In this document: positions 1-9,910 of the stretch, piece by piece
How positions within the stretch are numbered: the stretch's first letter is position 1
Layout: each line of letters opens with the position of its first letter
Assembly (NCBI GenBank): GCA_963797095.1
Contig: CAWCNY010000003.1
Span: 608,001 to 672,000 of the forward strand
Reading direction: 5' to 3'
DNA from: an uncultured Chloroflexia bacterium
GTDB taxonomy: Bacteria > Chloroflexota > Chloroflexia > QHBQ01 > JADMIH01
Length of the DNA stretch: 64,000 nt
Program-made: the position numbers and the translations under genes
Notes under the pieces: generated by a model
The model's database searches: none
The model's input: the letters and a program-made list of their open reading frames with translations, nothing else
What the model was told of the DNA's origin: nothing

Positions 1-160
1 ACTGCTGTCGCTATACTATAGTTTACAGCCTCCTGGGGAGCAAATAACCACGCCCTCAACGAAGCAGTTGTTTTGCGTTGCTTAAGCAGGTTGGATTCAC
101 TCCTGATCGAGATACTGCGCAATCCAGCATCCTGAACACTACACATAAGAAGTATATAAC

Positions 161-2176
161 ATGTGCGGAATAGCGGGAATATTCGCTTATACAGGCTACA
201 CACAGATCCATCCGGTACTAAGCCGGATGCTTGCCGCGATCAGCCATCGCGGGCCTGAGGTTGCCAGCGTCTACATTGACGGCCCTATCGGCCTGGGCCA
301 TGACCGCCTCAGCATTATCGACCTCGAGGGCGGCTTGCAGCCAATACCGAACGAAGACGGCTCTATCTGGGTGATCTGCAACGGCGAGATATTCAACTAT
401 ATAGAGCTTCGCGAAGAGCTACTGGCGCGAGGGCATACCTTCCGCACCGGCTCCGACTGCGAGATCATCATACACATGTACGAGGAGATGGGGCCTGAAT
501 GCGTACAGCGCTTCATCGGCCAGTATGCTTTCGCCATCTGGGATGGTCGCCAGCGCAAGCTGATGCTCGCCCGCGACCGCCTGGGCATTCGTCCCCTCTC
601 CTATGCTCGGCGCGATGGCACCCTTCTCTTTGCCTCCGAGATCAAAGCCCTGCTGGCAAGCGGCCTCGTTGCAGCCAAACTGGACCTCCGCTCTCTCGAC
701 CAGGTCTTCACGTACTGGTCCCCACTGCCTGGGCACTCAGTGTTCGAAGGCGTGCAGGAGCTTCCGCCCGGACATTATCTACTGGCCGATGAAAAAGGCA
801 TCGCTTTGCAAAGGTACTGGGCGCTCGATTTCTCCGCCGAACTCGAAAGCCCTGCCAGAAGCGAAAGCTATTATGCCGAGCGCCTCCTCGATCTGCTGAT
901 CGACGCCACCCGCCTCCGCCTGCGAGCCGATGTGCCGGTGGGCGCTTACCTCAGCGGCGGCCTCAACTCCTCGACCATAGCCGCCATCGTGCGCCGCTAC
1001 ACAAACAACGACCTCAAGACCTTCTCGATAGCCTTTCGCGATAAGCAATTCGACGAGCGAGCGCACCAGCACCGGATGGCCGAGCACCTTGGCACAGAGC
1101 ATATCAGCATCGAATGCACGGGCAGCGACATAGCCGAGGTTTTTCCCGACGTCGTGTGGCACGCCGAGGTGCCTCTGCTCCGCACCGGCCCCGCGCCCAT
1201 GTTCATGCTTTCGCAGTTAGTGCACGATCACAAGTTCAAGGTAGTGCTCACCGGCGAAGGCTCAGACGAAGCTCTGGGCGGCTACGACATCTTCAAGGAA
1301 GCCCAGGTGCGCCGCTTCTGGGCCGCCAACCCTGAATCCGATCTAAGGCCTCTCCTCCTAAAAAGGCTGTACGGCGACGTGCGCGGTATGGACAGTACCT
1401 CACAAGCCTACCTTAAAGCCTTCTTCAAAAACGGGCTTACCGAGACCGGCAACCTCTATTACAGCCACCTGGTGCGCTGGCGTAGCACCGCCCAACTCAA
1501 GCAACTCTTCTCCGAGGATACAAAGGCCCACCTGGAAGGCTACGACAGCAGCAACTTGCTCGATAGGACGCTCGATGGCCTGCGGCCCGACTGGCATCCC
1601 CTCTCTAAGGCCCAGTACATAGAAAGCCGCCTCTTCATGGCCCAATATCTCCTCTCCTCTCAGGGAGATCGCATGGCCATGGCACACGCGGTCGAGGGAC
1701 GCTTCCCCTTCCTAGACCACCGGCTTGTCGAGTTCGCCACCACCATTCCAGCCCATCTTCGCCTGCGCGGCTTCAACGAAAAATATATCCTGAAGCGCGC
1801 GGTGGCCGACCTCCTACCCGCCGAAGTGCTTGCAAGGACCAAGAAGCCCTATCGCGCCCCCATACGCGACGCCTTCCTCGGCCCCGACTCGCCCTCCTAC
1901 GTCCGAGACATCCTTTCGCCCTCGGAGGTACAAAAGGCAGGCATCTTCGACCCTGCCGCCGTGCACATGCTGGTGAAAAAGTGCCTCTCCGCCCCCGCAG
2001 TAGGCGAAATGGATAGCATGGCCCTGGTAGGCATCCTCTCCACACAATTGCTGCACAAACGATTTATTCAGGAAGACATCTCACGGAGTACTAATAATGA
2101 CGCTATCTCAACCCTATTTGTAGATACTGACACCCATGAAAGGCGAAGCGCCCCATACAATTCCGCCATTGCATAA
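161..2176 (+). CDS. asnB: Asparagine synthase (glutamine-hydrolysing) family amidotransferase
   Basis: N-terminal MCGIAG (Ntn Cys), HRGP, NGEIFNY, RDRLGIRPL, TGEGSDE, EGRFPFLDH. The PP-loop reads SGGLNSS instead of the canonical SGGLDSS. Confidence 0.95.
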   Translation: MCGIAGIFAYTGYTQIHPVLSRMLAAISHRGPEVASVYIDGPIGLGHDRLSIIDLEGGLQPIPNEDGSIWVICNGEIFNYIELREELLARGHTFRTGSDCEIIIHMYEEMGPECVQRFIGQYAFAIWDGRQRKLMLARDRLGIRPLSYARRDGTLLFASEIKALLASGLVAAKLDLRSLDQVFTYWSPLPGHSVFEGVQELPPGHYLLADEKGIALQRYWALDFSAELESPARSESYYAERLLDLLIDATRLRLRADVPVGAYLSGGLNSSTIAAIVRRYTNNDLKTFSIAFRDKQFDERAHQHRMAEHLGTEHISIECTGSDIAEVFPDVVWHAEVPLLRTGPAPMFMLSQLVHDHKFKVVLTGEGSDEALGGYDIFKEAQVRRFWAANPESDLRPLLLKRLYGDVRGMDSTSQAYLKAFFKNGLTETGNLYYSHLVRWRSTAQLKQLFSEDTKAHLEGYDSSNLLDRTLDGLRPDWHPLSKAQYIESRLFMAQYLLSSQGDRMAMAHAVEGRFPFLDHRLVEFATTIPAHLRLRGFNEKYILKRAVADLLPAEVLARTKKPYRAPIRDAFLGPDSPSYVRDILSPSEVQKAGIFDPAAVHMLVKKCLSAPAVGEMDSMALVGILSTQLLHKRFIQEDISRSTNNDAISTLFVDTDTHERRSAPYNSAIA

Positions 2177-2235
2177 CCTACACCTGATAGATAGAAACCG
2201 TTGAGCGCGCCAAACCGCGCGGAAGGGATTATGTT

Positions 2236-3300
2236 GTGACAGCAATTATTACCAAGCAAGCTATAGATCCGATTACAGGCCACAGACTATGCACCCGTTG
2301 CGTGCTCCCCGACACTTTTCCGGGCATCGTGTTCGATGATGAGGGAGTTTGCAACTACTGCCATCGCGCCCTCATGGAAGAGAAACTGGCCGCCCAGCGC
2401 GAGATAGCGCGTGCCAAGTTCGACCAGCTTCTGGAGGAAGTTCGCGGGCGCGGTACATACGATGTGCTGGTCGGCTGGAGCGGCGGCAAAGACAGCACTT
2501 ACATCCTGGCGCGCCTCCTCAAAGAGTTCAACGTGCGCGTGCTCGCCTTCACATTCGACAACGGTTTCGTATCGAAGCAGGCATTCCGCAACATGGAAAA
2601 GCTCTCGGATAGCCTGGGCGTCGATCACCTCATCTACAAAGGCCGCTTCGACCTCATGAGGACCGTCTTCAACGCCTCCGCTGAAGGCGACGAGCTATAC
2701 CCGAAGTCCGCACTTGGCCGTGCAAGCAACATCTGCACCTCCTGCATGGGCATCGCCAAAAGCCTTGCCTTGCGCCTCTGCATAGAGAAGAACATCCCTA
2801 TGACCGCCTTCGGCTGGACCCCCGGCCAGGTGCCTCTCGCCTCCGGCATCTTCAAGAGCAACCCCCAGATGATCCGCAAGATGCAGGAGGCCGCGTCCGG
2901 CCCCATGCGCCGTCTGGTCGGTGACGAGGCCGTTCGGCCCTACTTCCTCGAAGAAGAACACTACGAACACCCTGAGCGCTTCCCCTACAATATCTCTCCC
3001 CTCGCCTTCATGGTCTACGACGAGACAAAGGTGTTCGAGTACGTCGAAGCTCTGGGTTGGAAACGCCCCAAGGACACCGACGCCAACTCTACAAACTGCC
3101 TGCTCAACAGCTACGCCATCAATGTTCATCTCGACCAGACCGAGTTCCACCCCTATGTGGCCGAGCTTGCCGGTCTGGTACGCGAAGGCCGTATGGGGCG
3201 CGAAGAGGCGCTTAACCGCATTCACGAGGCCCCCAGTGAGCAGGTGGTCAATTTTGTCACCGATCGTCTGGGCATACCCAGGTATAAGAGTGGCAGGTAG
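2236..3300 (+). CDS. PP-loop ATPase, N-acetyl-sugar amidotransferase-like, with Cys motifs
   Basis: CTRC...CNYC N-terminus, SGGKDS PP-loop, FDNGF, CTSC, NSTNC; GTG start after a GGAAGG RBS. Confidence 0.75.
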   Translation: MTAIITKQAIDPITGHRLCTRCVLPDTFPGIVFDDEGVCNYCHRALMEEKLAAQREIARAKFDQLLEEVRGRGTYDVLVGWSGGKDSTYILARLLKEFNVRVLAFTFDNGFVSKQAFRNMEKLSDSLGVDHLIYKGRFDLMRTVFNASAEGDELYPKSALGRASNICTSCMGIAKSLALRLCIEKNIPMTAFGWTPGQVPLASGIFKSNPQMIRKMQEAASGPMRRLVGDEAVRPYFLEEEHYEHPERFPYNISPLAFMVYDETKVFEYVEALGWKRPKDTDANSTNCLLNSYAINVHLDQTEFHPYVAELAGLVREGRMGREEALNRIHEAPSEQVVNFVTDRLGIPRYKSGR

Positions 3301-3356
3301 CTTTCCATTATGTCCATCTCGAGGATCCATCTATCTTGTTACTGGAGGTTCATGCA

Positions 3357-3629
3357 ATGATTAGAAGCGAAATCGAAGATCAGGTACGCGAATTCCTCAT
3401 GAGCAATTTTATCTTCGACTCGTCTGTGCAGTTAGGGCCTGATGACTCCCTTCTGGAAAGCGACATCGTAGACTCGACCGGCGTCCTGGAGGTGCTCATG
3501 TGGCTCGAAACTACTTTCGGCATCAAAGTCGAGGATAGCGAGGTGCTCCCTGAGAACCTCGATTCCATCAACGCTATGGCGGGCTTCATCATTCGCAAGG
3601 TTGAAGCAAATATGGCGGTCGCTTCCTAG
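3357..3629 (+). CDS. Acyl carrier protein
   Basis: 90 aa, acidic, IVDSTGVLEV phosphopantetheine motif, FGIKVEDSEVLPENLDS; GGAGG RBS at 3344 supports ATG 3357. Confidence 0.9.
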   Translation: MIRSEIEDQVREFLMSNFIFDSSVQLGPDDSLLESDIVDSTGVLEVLMWLETTFGIKVEDSEVLPENLDSINAMAGFIIRKVEANMAVAS

Positions 3630-3674
3630 CCACGAACCCATTTGCCTCGCCATAAATCCCCTTCTGGTAAGAAT

Positions 3675-5219
3675 ATGCTGGTACAACATCTATTAGAAAG
3701 AGGCGCAGCCCTCTGGCCTGACAAGGTTGCCCTGATCTCCGGTCAAAAACGCATAACCTACAGCGAGCTGGAAGCACAGGCCAATCGGCTTGCGCACGCC
3801 CTGGTCGAGCGAGGAGTGGAACGCGGCGACCGCGTAGCCATCCTGCTGGAGAACAGCATCGAGGTAGCGGCAGCGGTCTTCGGAGTGCTCAAAGCTGATG
3901 CTGTCTTCATGGTGCTCCCGCCCGGCACCCGGCCCGCTCGCCTCGCCCTGATCCTGGGCGATGCCGAGCCGGTTGCCCTCATCACCGACCATCTGCGCAT
4001 CAAGGACCAACTTAAAGTGGTATCCGCCGCGCCCACGCTGCGCAGCGTGATCTGGGCCGATAGCAAGGCGCAACCCCTCAGCAGCCACGCCACCATCATG
4101 AACTGGTCCGACCTGGCCCATTCCCCCGACCACGCCCCATCCTCTACTACCCTGGAAAGTGACCTCGCAACAATAATCTACACGTCGGGCAGCACAGGCC
4201 AGCCCAAGGGCGTAATGTGCGCCCACTCAAGCATGATCGCAGCCACCGACTCGGTCAATGCTTACCTCAAAAACAGCGAGGACGATGTAATCCTTAACGG
4301 CCTCCCTTTCTCGTTCGGCTATGGTCTCTACCAGATATTCCTGGCCTTCCAGGTCGGGGCGCGCGTGGTGATCGAAAAGAACTTCGCCTTCCCCGCCCGC
4401 ATTATCTCCTTGCTCGAACAGGAAGGTGTCACGGCCCTACCGGGCGTGCCAACATTCTTCGCGTTGCTGTTGCAGTATCCCGACCTGCTCAAACGCGAAT
4501 TCCCACGGCTGCGCTATATAACGAACGCTGCGGCGGCTCTCCCCACCAGCCATCTCCAGCAGATCCGCACTGTCTTCTCCAGCGCTCAATTTATCTCAAT
4601 GTACGGCCAGACCGAGTGCAAGCGCGTCTGCTACCTGCCCCCCGAGGAGCTTGACCGCCGCCCGTCGTCGGTAGGCGTCGCCATCCCCAACAGCGAGGTA
4701 TATATCGTAGACGAAAAGGGCGAGCGTCTTCCCCCTGGGCAGGTCGGTGAACTTGTGGTACGCGGCCCGCACGTTATGCAGGGCTACTGGCGCTCCCCTG
4801 AGCTTAGCGCCCAGCGCTTCCGCCCCGGTCCCAACCCCGGAGAGCAACTCCTCTTCACCGGCGACCTCTTCAAGATGGACGAGGAGGGCTTCCTCTACTT
4901 CGTCTCGCGTAAAGACGACATCATAAAGTGCAAAGGAGAAAAGGTCAGCCCGGTTGAAGTTGAGAACGCGGTGTGCGAGTTGGAGGGTGTTGCCCTCGCG
5001 GCGGTGGTGGGCGTGCCAGACCCCCTCCTCGGCCAGGCGATCCGGTTGATAGTCGTGCGCCGGGAAGGCAGCGAGCTAACCGAGAGAGATTTGAAAGCAT
5101 TCTGCGCGCGCAGGCTCGACGATTACATGATGCCCAAGTACATCGACTTTGTGCAGGAGTTGCCACGCACGGACAATGGCAAGATCAACCGACGGGAGCT
5201 AGTTCATGCAATCTCGTAA
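3675..5219 (+). CDS. AMP-dependent acyl-CoA/acyl-ACP ligase (adenylate-forming enzyme)
   Basis: YTSGSTGQPKG, MYGQTEC, TGDL, SRKDDIIK, PRTDNGK; start taken at ATG 3675 (ORF is open from 3642). Confidence 0.92.
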   Translation: MLVQHLLERGAALWPDKVALISGQKRITYSELEAQANRLAHALVERGVERGDRVAILLENSIEVAAAVFGVLKADAVFMVLPPGTRPARLALILGDAEPVALITDHLRIKDQLKVVSAAPTLRSVIWADSKAQPLSSHATIMNWSDLAHSPDHAPSSTTLESDLATIIYTSGSTGQPKGVMCAHSSMIAATDSVNAYLKNSEDDVILNGLPFSFGYGLYQIFLAFQVGARVVIEKNFAFPARIISLLEQEGVTALPGVPTFFALLLQYPDLLKREFPRLRYITNAAAALPTSHLQQIRTVFSSAQFISMYGQTECKRVCYLPPEELDRRPSSVGVAIPNSEVYIVDEKGERLPPGQVGELVVRGPHVMQGYWRSPELSAQRFRPGPNPGEQLLFTGDLFKMDEEGFLYFVSRKDDIIKCKGEKVSPVEVENAVCELEGVALAAVVGVPDPLLGQAIRLIVVRREGSELTERDLKAFCARRLDDYMMPKYIDFVQELPRTDNGKINRRELVHAIS

Positions 5220-6012
5220 CGACAATCTTCGCATTCTCTTCATCCACCACTCCACAGGCCAAAACCTGATCCGGCAAGGTGGCGTGCGCAACCTTATCGC
5301 CCAGCGCAACAAGCGCGATGGCACTGCACACGAATTCTGGGACCACGACTACAATGAGATTGGCCTCACAGACCCCTCCGGCGAGCGAACCGGCATATCG
5401 TTCAATATACCTGACGATGACACCGACCCTATCGGATATGATAGACTGTTCAGCCAGCCTGTCCACAACCCACCCGATAACGCCCTGAGCCACATCCTGA
5501 AGTACGACGTGGTAATCTTCAAGTCATGCTTCCCTGTGTCGGCCGTCCACAGCCGACCTCAGCTTCAACAGTACCAGCAGCACTACGCTTCCATTCGGGA
5601 TACCCTCAAACGCTACCCGCACATCCTCTTTATCGTAGTGACCCAGCCGCCCCTGGTCCCGCAATCCTCCCTCGGGATGGTCCTGGGCCGCTCGTCAAGA
5701 TGGATGTGGACCAACGATGCTGACGCGGTTCGAGCGCGTGAGTTCTCTCACTGGCTCACATCTCAGGACTTCCTCATGGGCCTGCCAAACGCTACAACGT
5801 TCGATCTCTTCGATCTGCTGGCCGAGCCTGCCTCGTCCCCCTCGCACCCTAACACCTTGCGAGCCGAGTATCGAAGCGGGCGGCTGGGATATGACGCTCA
5901 CCCCAACGAGGCTGCTAACAAAGCCATCGCCCCTATATTCGTCAACGCGATTTGGGACAGAATCAAGAGGTTCCAGCAATCCATCACACGCGACATGATC
6001 GCGGTACCCTGA
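5206..6012 (+). CDS. Hypothetical protein, SGNH/GDSL-like fold
   Basis: FIHHSTG near the N-terminus, FKSCFP, C-terminal DAHPN (DxH); overlaps the ligase stop, implying coupling. Confidence 0.55.
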   Translation: MQSRNDNLRILFIHHSTGQNLIRQGGVRNLIAQRNKRDGTAHEFWDHDYNEIGLTDPSGERTGISFNIPDDDTDPIGYDRLFSQPVHNPPDNALSHILKYDVVIFKSCFPVSAVHSRPQLQQYQQHYASIRDTLKRYPHILFIVVTQPPLVPQSSLGMVLGRSSRWMWTNDADAVRAREFSHWLTSQDFLMGLPNATTFDLFDLLAEPASSPSHPNTLRAEYRSGRLGYDAHPNEAANKAIAPIFVNAIWDRIKRFQQSITRDMIAVP

Positions 6013-6036
6013 CATCTTCCCCACATTGGGGGTATC

Positions 6037-6777
6037 TCATGAGACTTTCAGGCGCTCATCAGCTATAAATTCATAGCCTCGCCCCTGGATCGTCCTGATC
6101 ATTTCTCCATCGGGCAGCTTGCTGCGCAGGCGATGCACATATACCTCAAGCTGATTGCTGCTCGCTTCGTAATCGTGCCCCCACGCCTCTGAGATCAACC
6201 TGTTGTGCGACACCACCTGCCCTGCATTGCGCATCAGCGCATGCAGCAATTGCGCTTCCATTTTGGTCAATTCCACAGCGCTATCTTGCCTCTCTAACTT
6301 CAGCATATTATTGCGCACATCCAGGCACACCCCGTTGATACACAGCATCGTCTGTAGCTGCGGGGCCATCGTAGGCTGCGTTCGCCTGATCAGAGAATGG
6401 ACGCGTGCTATCACCTCAGCCGGATCGAAGGGCTTGGTCATGTAGTCATCCGCCCCTTCGTTCAGGGCCGCCACTTTGTCCTCGCGGCTGTCCATCGCTG
6501 AAATAATCAATACAGGCAGCGCAAGCCCATCTTTGCGTATCTGCTTGCAAATCTGTAGGCCACTTATGTCGGGCAGCATCAAGTCAAGAACGATCAGGTC
6601 GATAAGCTCGTTCTTGAGAATCTCAAGCGCAGTCGCACCATCCGAGACTGTGTGGACGGTGTAGCCCTCATTGCGAAGCATGAAGGCAAGCATCTTCTGC
6701 GTGGGCGGATTGTCCTCAACAACAAGTAATTGCATGGGAGCCTTGCCGCCATTGGTAGGGGTTACCGAATATTTCAT
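6037..6777 (-). CDS. OmpR/PhoB-family response regulator (orphan)
   Basis: LLVVED, LDLMLP, GADDYMTKPF, winged helix ending RTIQGRGY; the start could be ATG 6735. Confidence 0.92.
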   Translation of the reverse strand: MKYSVTPTNGGKAPMQLLVVEDNPPTQKMLAFMLRNEGYTVHTVSDGATALEILKNELIDLIVLDLMLPDISGLQICKQIRKDGLALPVLIISAMDSREDKVAALNEGADDYMTKPFDPAEVIARVHSLIRRTQPTMAPQLQTMLCINGVCLDVRNNMLKLERQDSAVELTKMEAQLLHALMRNAGQVVSHNRLISEAWGHDYEASSNQLEVYVHRLRSKLPDGEMIRTIQGRGYEFIADERLKVS

Positions 6778-6915
6778 AATTCTATCTTATGGTTACTCAC
6801 CCGTCAACGGGTACCAACCAATTCTGAACAATTCGACATAATGTATGACTAACACATTAATTACAATAATTATACATGAAGTATGCCCAGGCTGCTGGCA
6901 ACCCCGACCGTCTGC

Positions 6916-7629
6916 TCACCCTCCATTCAGCAAGTTATGTTCCCGCGCGAAAATAGCTGCCTGCGTGCGGTCGCGCAATCCCAGTCGCCCCAAAATACTG
7001 GAGATATGGTTCTTGACGGTGCCCTCGCTGATCACAAGCTGCTCCGCGATCTCCCTGTTGGTGGCTCCCTGTGCGATCAGGCGCAACACCTCCAACTCTC
7101 GGCTGCTGATCGCGGCCAGCTTATCATTTCCTGCGATGGTTTCCTCTGCTTGCCCGGCGTTTTGAGGCTGCGCCAGGGCCGTGGATCTCTGCAACGAAGC
7201 CACCAGCTTGCCCGCCACCGCCGCGTCAAGCTGGTAGATTCCGTTCTTCGCCGCGTGGATCGCTTTCGCGAGGTCTGATGCCGGCACATCCTTGAGCAAA
7301 TATCCAACGGCTCCCGCTCGTAACGCCTCAACCACATACTCGTCATCATCGAAGGTGGTCAGCATCAATACCTGGCATCCAGGCAGCGCACTCAGCACCC
7401 TGCCGGTCGCAGCCACCCCATCCAGCACCGGCATCCGTATATCCATCAGCACCACATCAGGCCGCGTAGCCAGTACCTGCTCGACCGCTTCCTCTCCATC
7501 GGCAGCGGTCCCCACGACACGAATGCCCTCCTGCACATCCAGCAGAGATGCTATCCCCTCGCGCATAAGGCGCTGGTCGTCAACTACCAGCACACGTATC
7601 TGATTGTCCGCGCCATCACCCATATGCAC
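6916..7629 (-). CDS. NarL/LuxR-family response regulator
   Basis: VLVVDD, MDIRMP, LTTFDDD, GYLLKD, HTH ISEGTVKNHISSIL..RDRTQA. Confidence 0.95.
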   Translation of the reverse strand: MHMGDGADNQIRVLVVDDQRLMREGIASLLDVQEGIRVVGTAADGEEAVEQVLATRPDVVLMDIRMPVLDGVAATGRVLSALPGCQVLMLTTFDDDEYVVEALRAGAVGYLLKDVPASDLAKAIHAAKNGIYQLDAAVAGKLVASLQRSTALAQPQNAGQAEETIAGNDKLAAISSRELEVLRLIAQGATNREIAEQLVISEGTVKNHISSILGRLGLRDRTQAAIFAREHNLLNGG

Positions 7630-7635
7630 TCCCTG

Positions 7636-9069
7636 CTACTGCTCCGCAGGGAGCGCTTCGCGCTGCTCCGCAGGGAGCGCTTCGCGCTGCTCCGGCGCGG
7701 CCATGCCAACCGACACCTGGGGCCGCCCACCCTTCGGTATCTCCACACAAAGAGTGGTGCCCTTGCCGGACGTAGTCTCGATCCTGAAGTTGCCTCCTAG
7801 CAGCGCCACGCGCTCTTCAAGGCCCTGCAATCCATAACCCCCATTCCCATTGCCGTTCGTGCCCGCATCCTGTAAAGCCGCCATATCCACGCCTTTGCCG
7901 TTATCGCTCACCCGAAGCACGGCCTTGTCCGGCCCGAATTGTAGATCGATGGCAGCCTCACTTGCCCCTGAGTGCTTCTGTATGTTGGTCAGCCCTTCCT
8001 GCGCGGCCCTGTACAACGCCATGCGACCCTGTGCAGCAAAACCTTCTTCGCTCCCCTCGATCTTCAACCTCACGCTCAACTCGCTACTGTCTGTATGTCC
8101 AACCAGTTCTTCCAATGCTCGCCGGAGCAGGAAAGGCTCCGTTTCGGGGGTTGCCCGCAACGCCCCCACCGAGCGGCGCACATCTCGTAAGGCTTCACTC
8201 GCCAGCCGCTTGGCATCGCTCATCGCCCGGTCCGCCTCTACAGGTCGTGCCTCCTTGAATGCCAGCGCCTTTTCAAGCTGGACATTTATCACTGTAAGAT
8301 AGTGCCCAAGGCTGTCGTGAATGTCGCGGGCCAGCCGGTTGCGCTCTTTGGTGGCAGCAAGCTCACCAACCTGCTCCGCGTAAGCCCGCAACTGCCTGTG
8401 CGATTCTTCCAGTTGCGCCAGCAGCATCTCCGAGCGCGCCCGGCTGCGCATCTCGCTCCCCACAACCTGCGCCATCGTTATCACAAAGAGCAGCCCCACC
8501 GCGAAGATCAGGAACTCGCGCACGATATCGCCACTGCTGTACCAGTGCGGCGAAAGCATGTTGAGCTTGACCACGTACACGACCAGCACGAGCAACGCCA
8601 TCAGATAACAAAAGCGCATCCCCTTGTACAAAAAGGCGCTGAAAGGTATCACCAGGTAAAGGAATGGCGAGAAACTGAAATTGTCGATCTGCGCCACCAC
8701 CTCGATCAACGCCATGCGCGACACAAACGTAAGAGCCGACACGCGCGGCGGCACAGCATCCCCGAAAAACCACCATTCCCACCTTTCAAGCACAAGCAAA
8801 GCCACTATCGCTATCACTACCAGAATGGACGGCACCCACTCCAGTTGCCACCCGTAATTGCCCATCACCCTGTCAAAGAAATATAGGCTGATAGCTCCCA
8901 GGTACAACAGGGTGGAAACAAGGTCGAACGGCTTGGGGAATAGCTTCACGTACAAGCGCCACAAAAAGGACTCGCCTGCCCTGGAAGCGTACTCCGCATC
9001 CGCTTGCAGGCCCACCACTCCCTTACTGTTCACGTCATTGGCTGTCACCGTATGGCTGCTCATCTCCAT
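7636..9069 (-). CDS. Membrane sensor histidine kinase (HisKA_3 type)
   Basis: Multiple TM helices, ERNRLARDIHDSLGH, QEGLTNIQKH, DNGKG, GYGLQG. Confidence 0.95.
   Translation of the reverse strand: MEMSSHTVTANDVNSKGVVGLQADAEYASRAGESFLWRLYVKLFPKPFDLVSTLLYLGAISLYFFDRVMGNYGWQLEWVPSILVVIAIVALLVLERWEWWFFGDAVPPRVSALTFVSRMALIEVVAQIDNFSFSPFLYLVIPFSAFLYKGMRFCYLMALLVLVVYVVKLNMLSPHWYSSGDIVREFLIFAVGLLFVITMAQVVGSEMRSRARSEMLLAQLEESHRQLRAYAEQVGELAATKERNRLARDIHDSLGHYLTVINVQLEKALAFKEARPVEADRAMSDAKRLASEALRDVRRSVGALRATPETEPFLLRRALEELVGHTDSSELSVRLKIEGSEEGFAAQGRMALYRAAQEGLTNIQKHSGASEAAIDLQFGPDKAVLRVSDNGKGVDMAALQDAGTNGNGNGGYGLQGLEERVALLGGNFRIETTSGKGTTLCVEIPKGGRPQVSVGMAAPEQREALPAEQREALPAEQ
7639..7694. repeat. 24-bp tandem repeat (about 2.3 copies) encoding EQREALPA at the kinase C-terminus
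   Basis: CTGCTCCGCAGGGAGCGCTTCGCG x2 plus a partial third copy. Confidence 0.9.
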
Positions 9070-9071
9070 CT

Positions 9072-9100
9072 CTCGCTACTCGTTACTCGTCACTCGCCAC
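9072..9100. repeat. Heptamer microsatellite (CTCGYYA)4
   Basis: ctcgcta ctcgtta ctcgtca ctcgcca, between the permease and kinase genes. Confidence 0.8.
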
Positions 9101-9103
9101 CAG

Positions 9104-9910
9104 TCAAGCAAGAATATCCCGCCGGCTGAACGCCACCATGCTGATCGCGAGACACACCACGCTCACCCCCAGTAAGATGGCGGTATACCCAACATCCACC
9201 CCCGAAGAGAAGGGCTTGCTCGCTGAGAAGAGGTAGTAAATAGTCCATTCCCTGTAGCTTTGCAGCCCCTTCACAAGTGGAGCCAGGCCGTTCAGTATGA
9301 AACCCACCATTGCCAGCGCCACGGCCACCCCCAATGGGATCCCCCGGCCCCGAACCCCACACGCAAGAGCGAAAGCCACCGACCCATACAACAAAGTCAA
9401 AGGCATAATATTGAACGCTGCCAGCATCCACGTCCCGAACGACACATCCTGTCCAATGCTGATGCCCCCGATCCACATCCCCAACCCGATCAACACGCAG
9501 ATCAGCACCAGCGCCCCCGCCAGGGCCGCGTACTTCTCCAACGCAACTCTCCAACGAGGCAGAGGGTGCGCCAGCAAGAAGTCCATCGTGCCGCTCTCTA
9601 TCTCCCCGGTGACGCTGCCCACGGCGGCCATCACGATGTATACCGCCAGCACCACCGGCATGAAACTCAGGAACTGCGAGGTGATGAAGCCCTCCAGCGT
9701 GCTAAACGAAGCAACATCCCCCAGAAAGCCCTGAAGCTGGGGTATCTGCTCGAATAGCTGGTCGAACTCGCTATTCGCGCCGATTGACGGGTAGAAAAGC
9801 AACGTGAGATAAGCCAATCCGGCCAGGCCAAGTCCCCAACCCAGTATCGCTCTCCGTTGATCGCGCAATCCCTTGAGAAAGACGGTGCTGAAAAATATGC
9901 TATCCCACAT
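9104..9910 (-). CDS. ABC-2 type transporter permease
   Basis: About 6 TM segments; GEIESGTMDFLLAHPLPR..VALEK motif. Confidence 0.9.
   Translation of the reverse strand: MWDSIFFSTVFLKGLRDQRRAILGWGLGLAGLAYLTLLFYPSIGANSEFDQLFEQIPQLQGFLGDVASFSTLEGFITSQFLSFMPVVLAVYIVMAAVGSVTGEIESGTMDFLLAHPLPRWRVALEKYAALAGALVLICVLIGLGMWIGGISIGQDVSFGTWMLAAFNIMPLTLLYGSVAFALACGVRGRGIPLGVAVALAMVGFILNGLAPLVKGLQSYREWTIYYLFSASKPFSSGVDVGYTAILLGVSVVCLAISMVAFSRRDILA

Noticed and set aside
161-5219. Lasso peptide or NRPS cluster
   Set aside because: AsnB has an intact glutaminase Cys; I found no B1/B2 proteins, precursor peptide or condensation domain.
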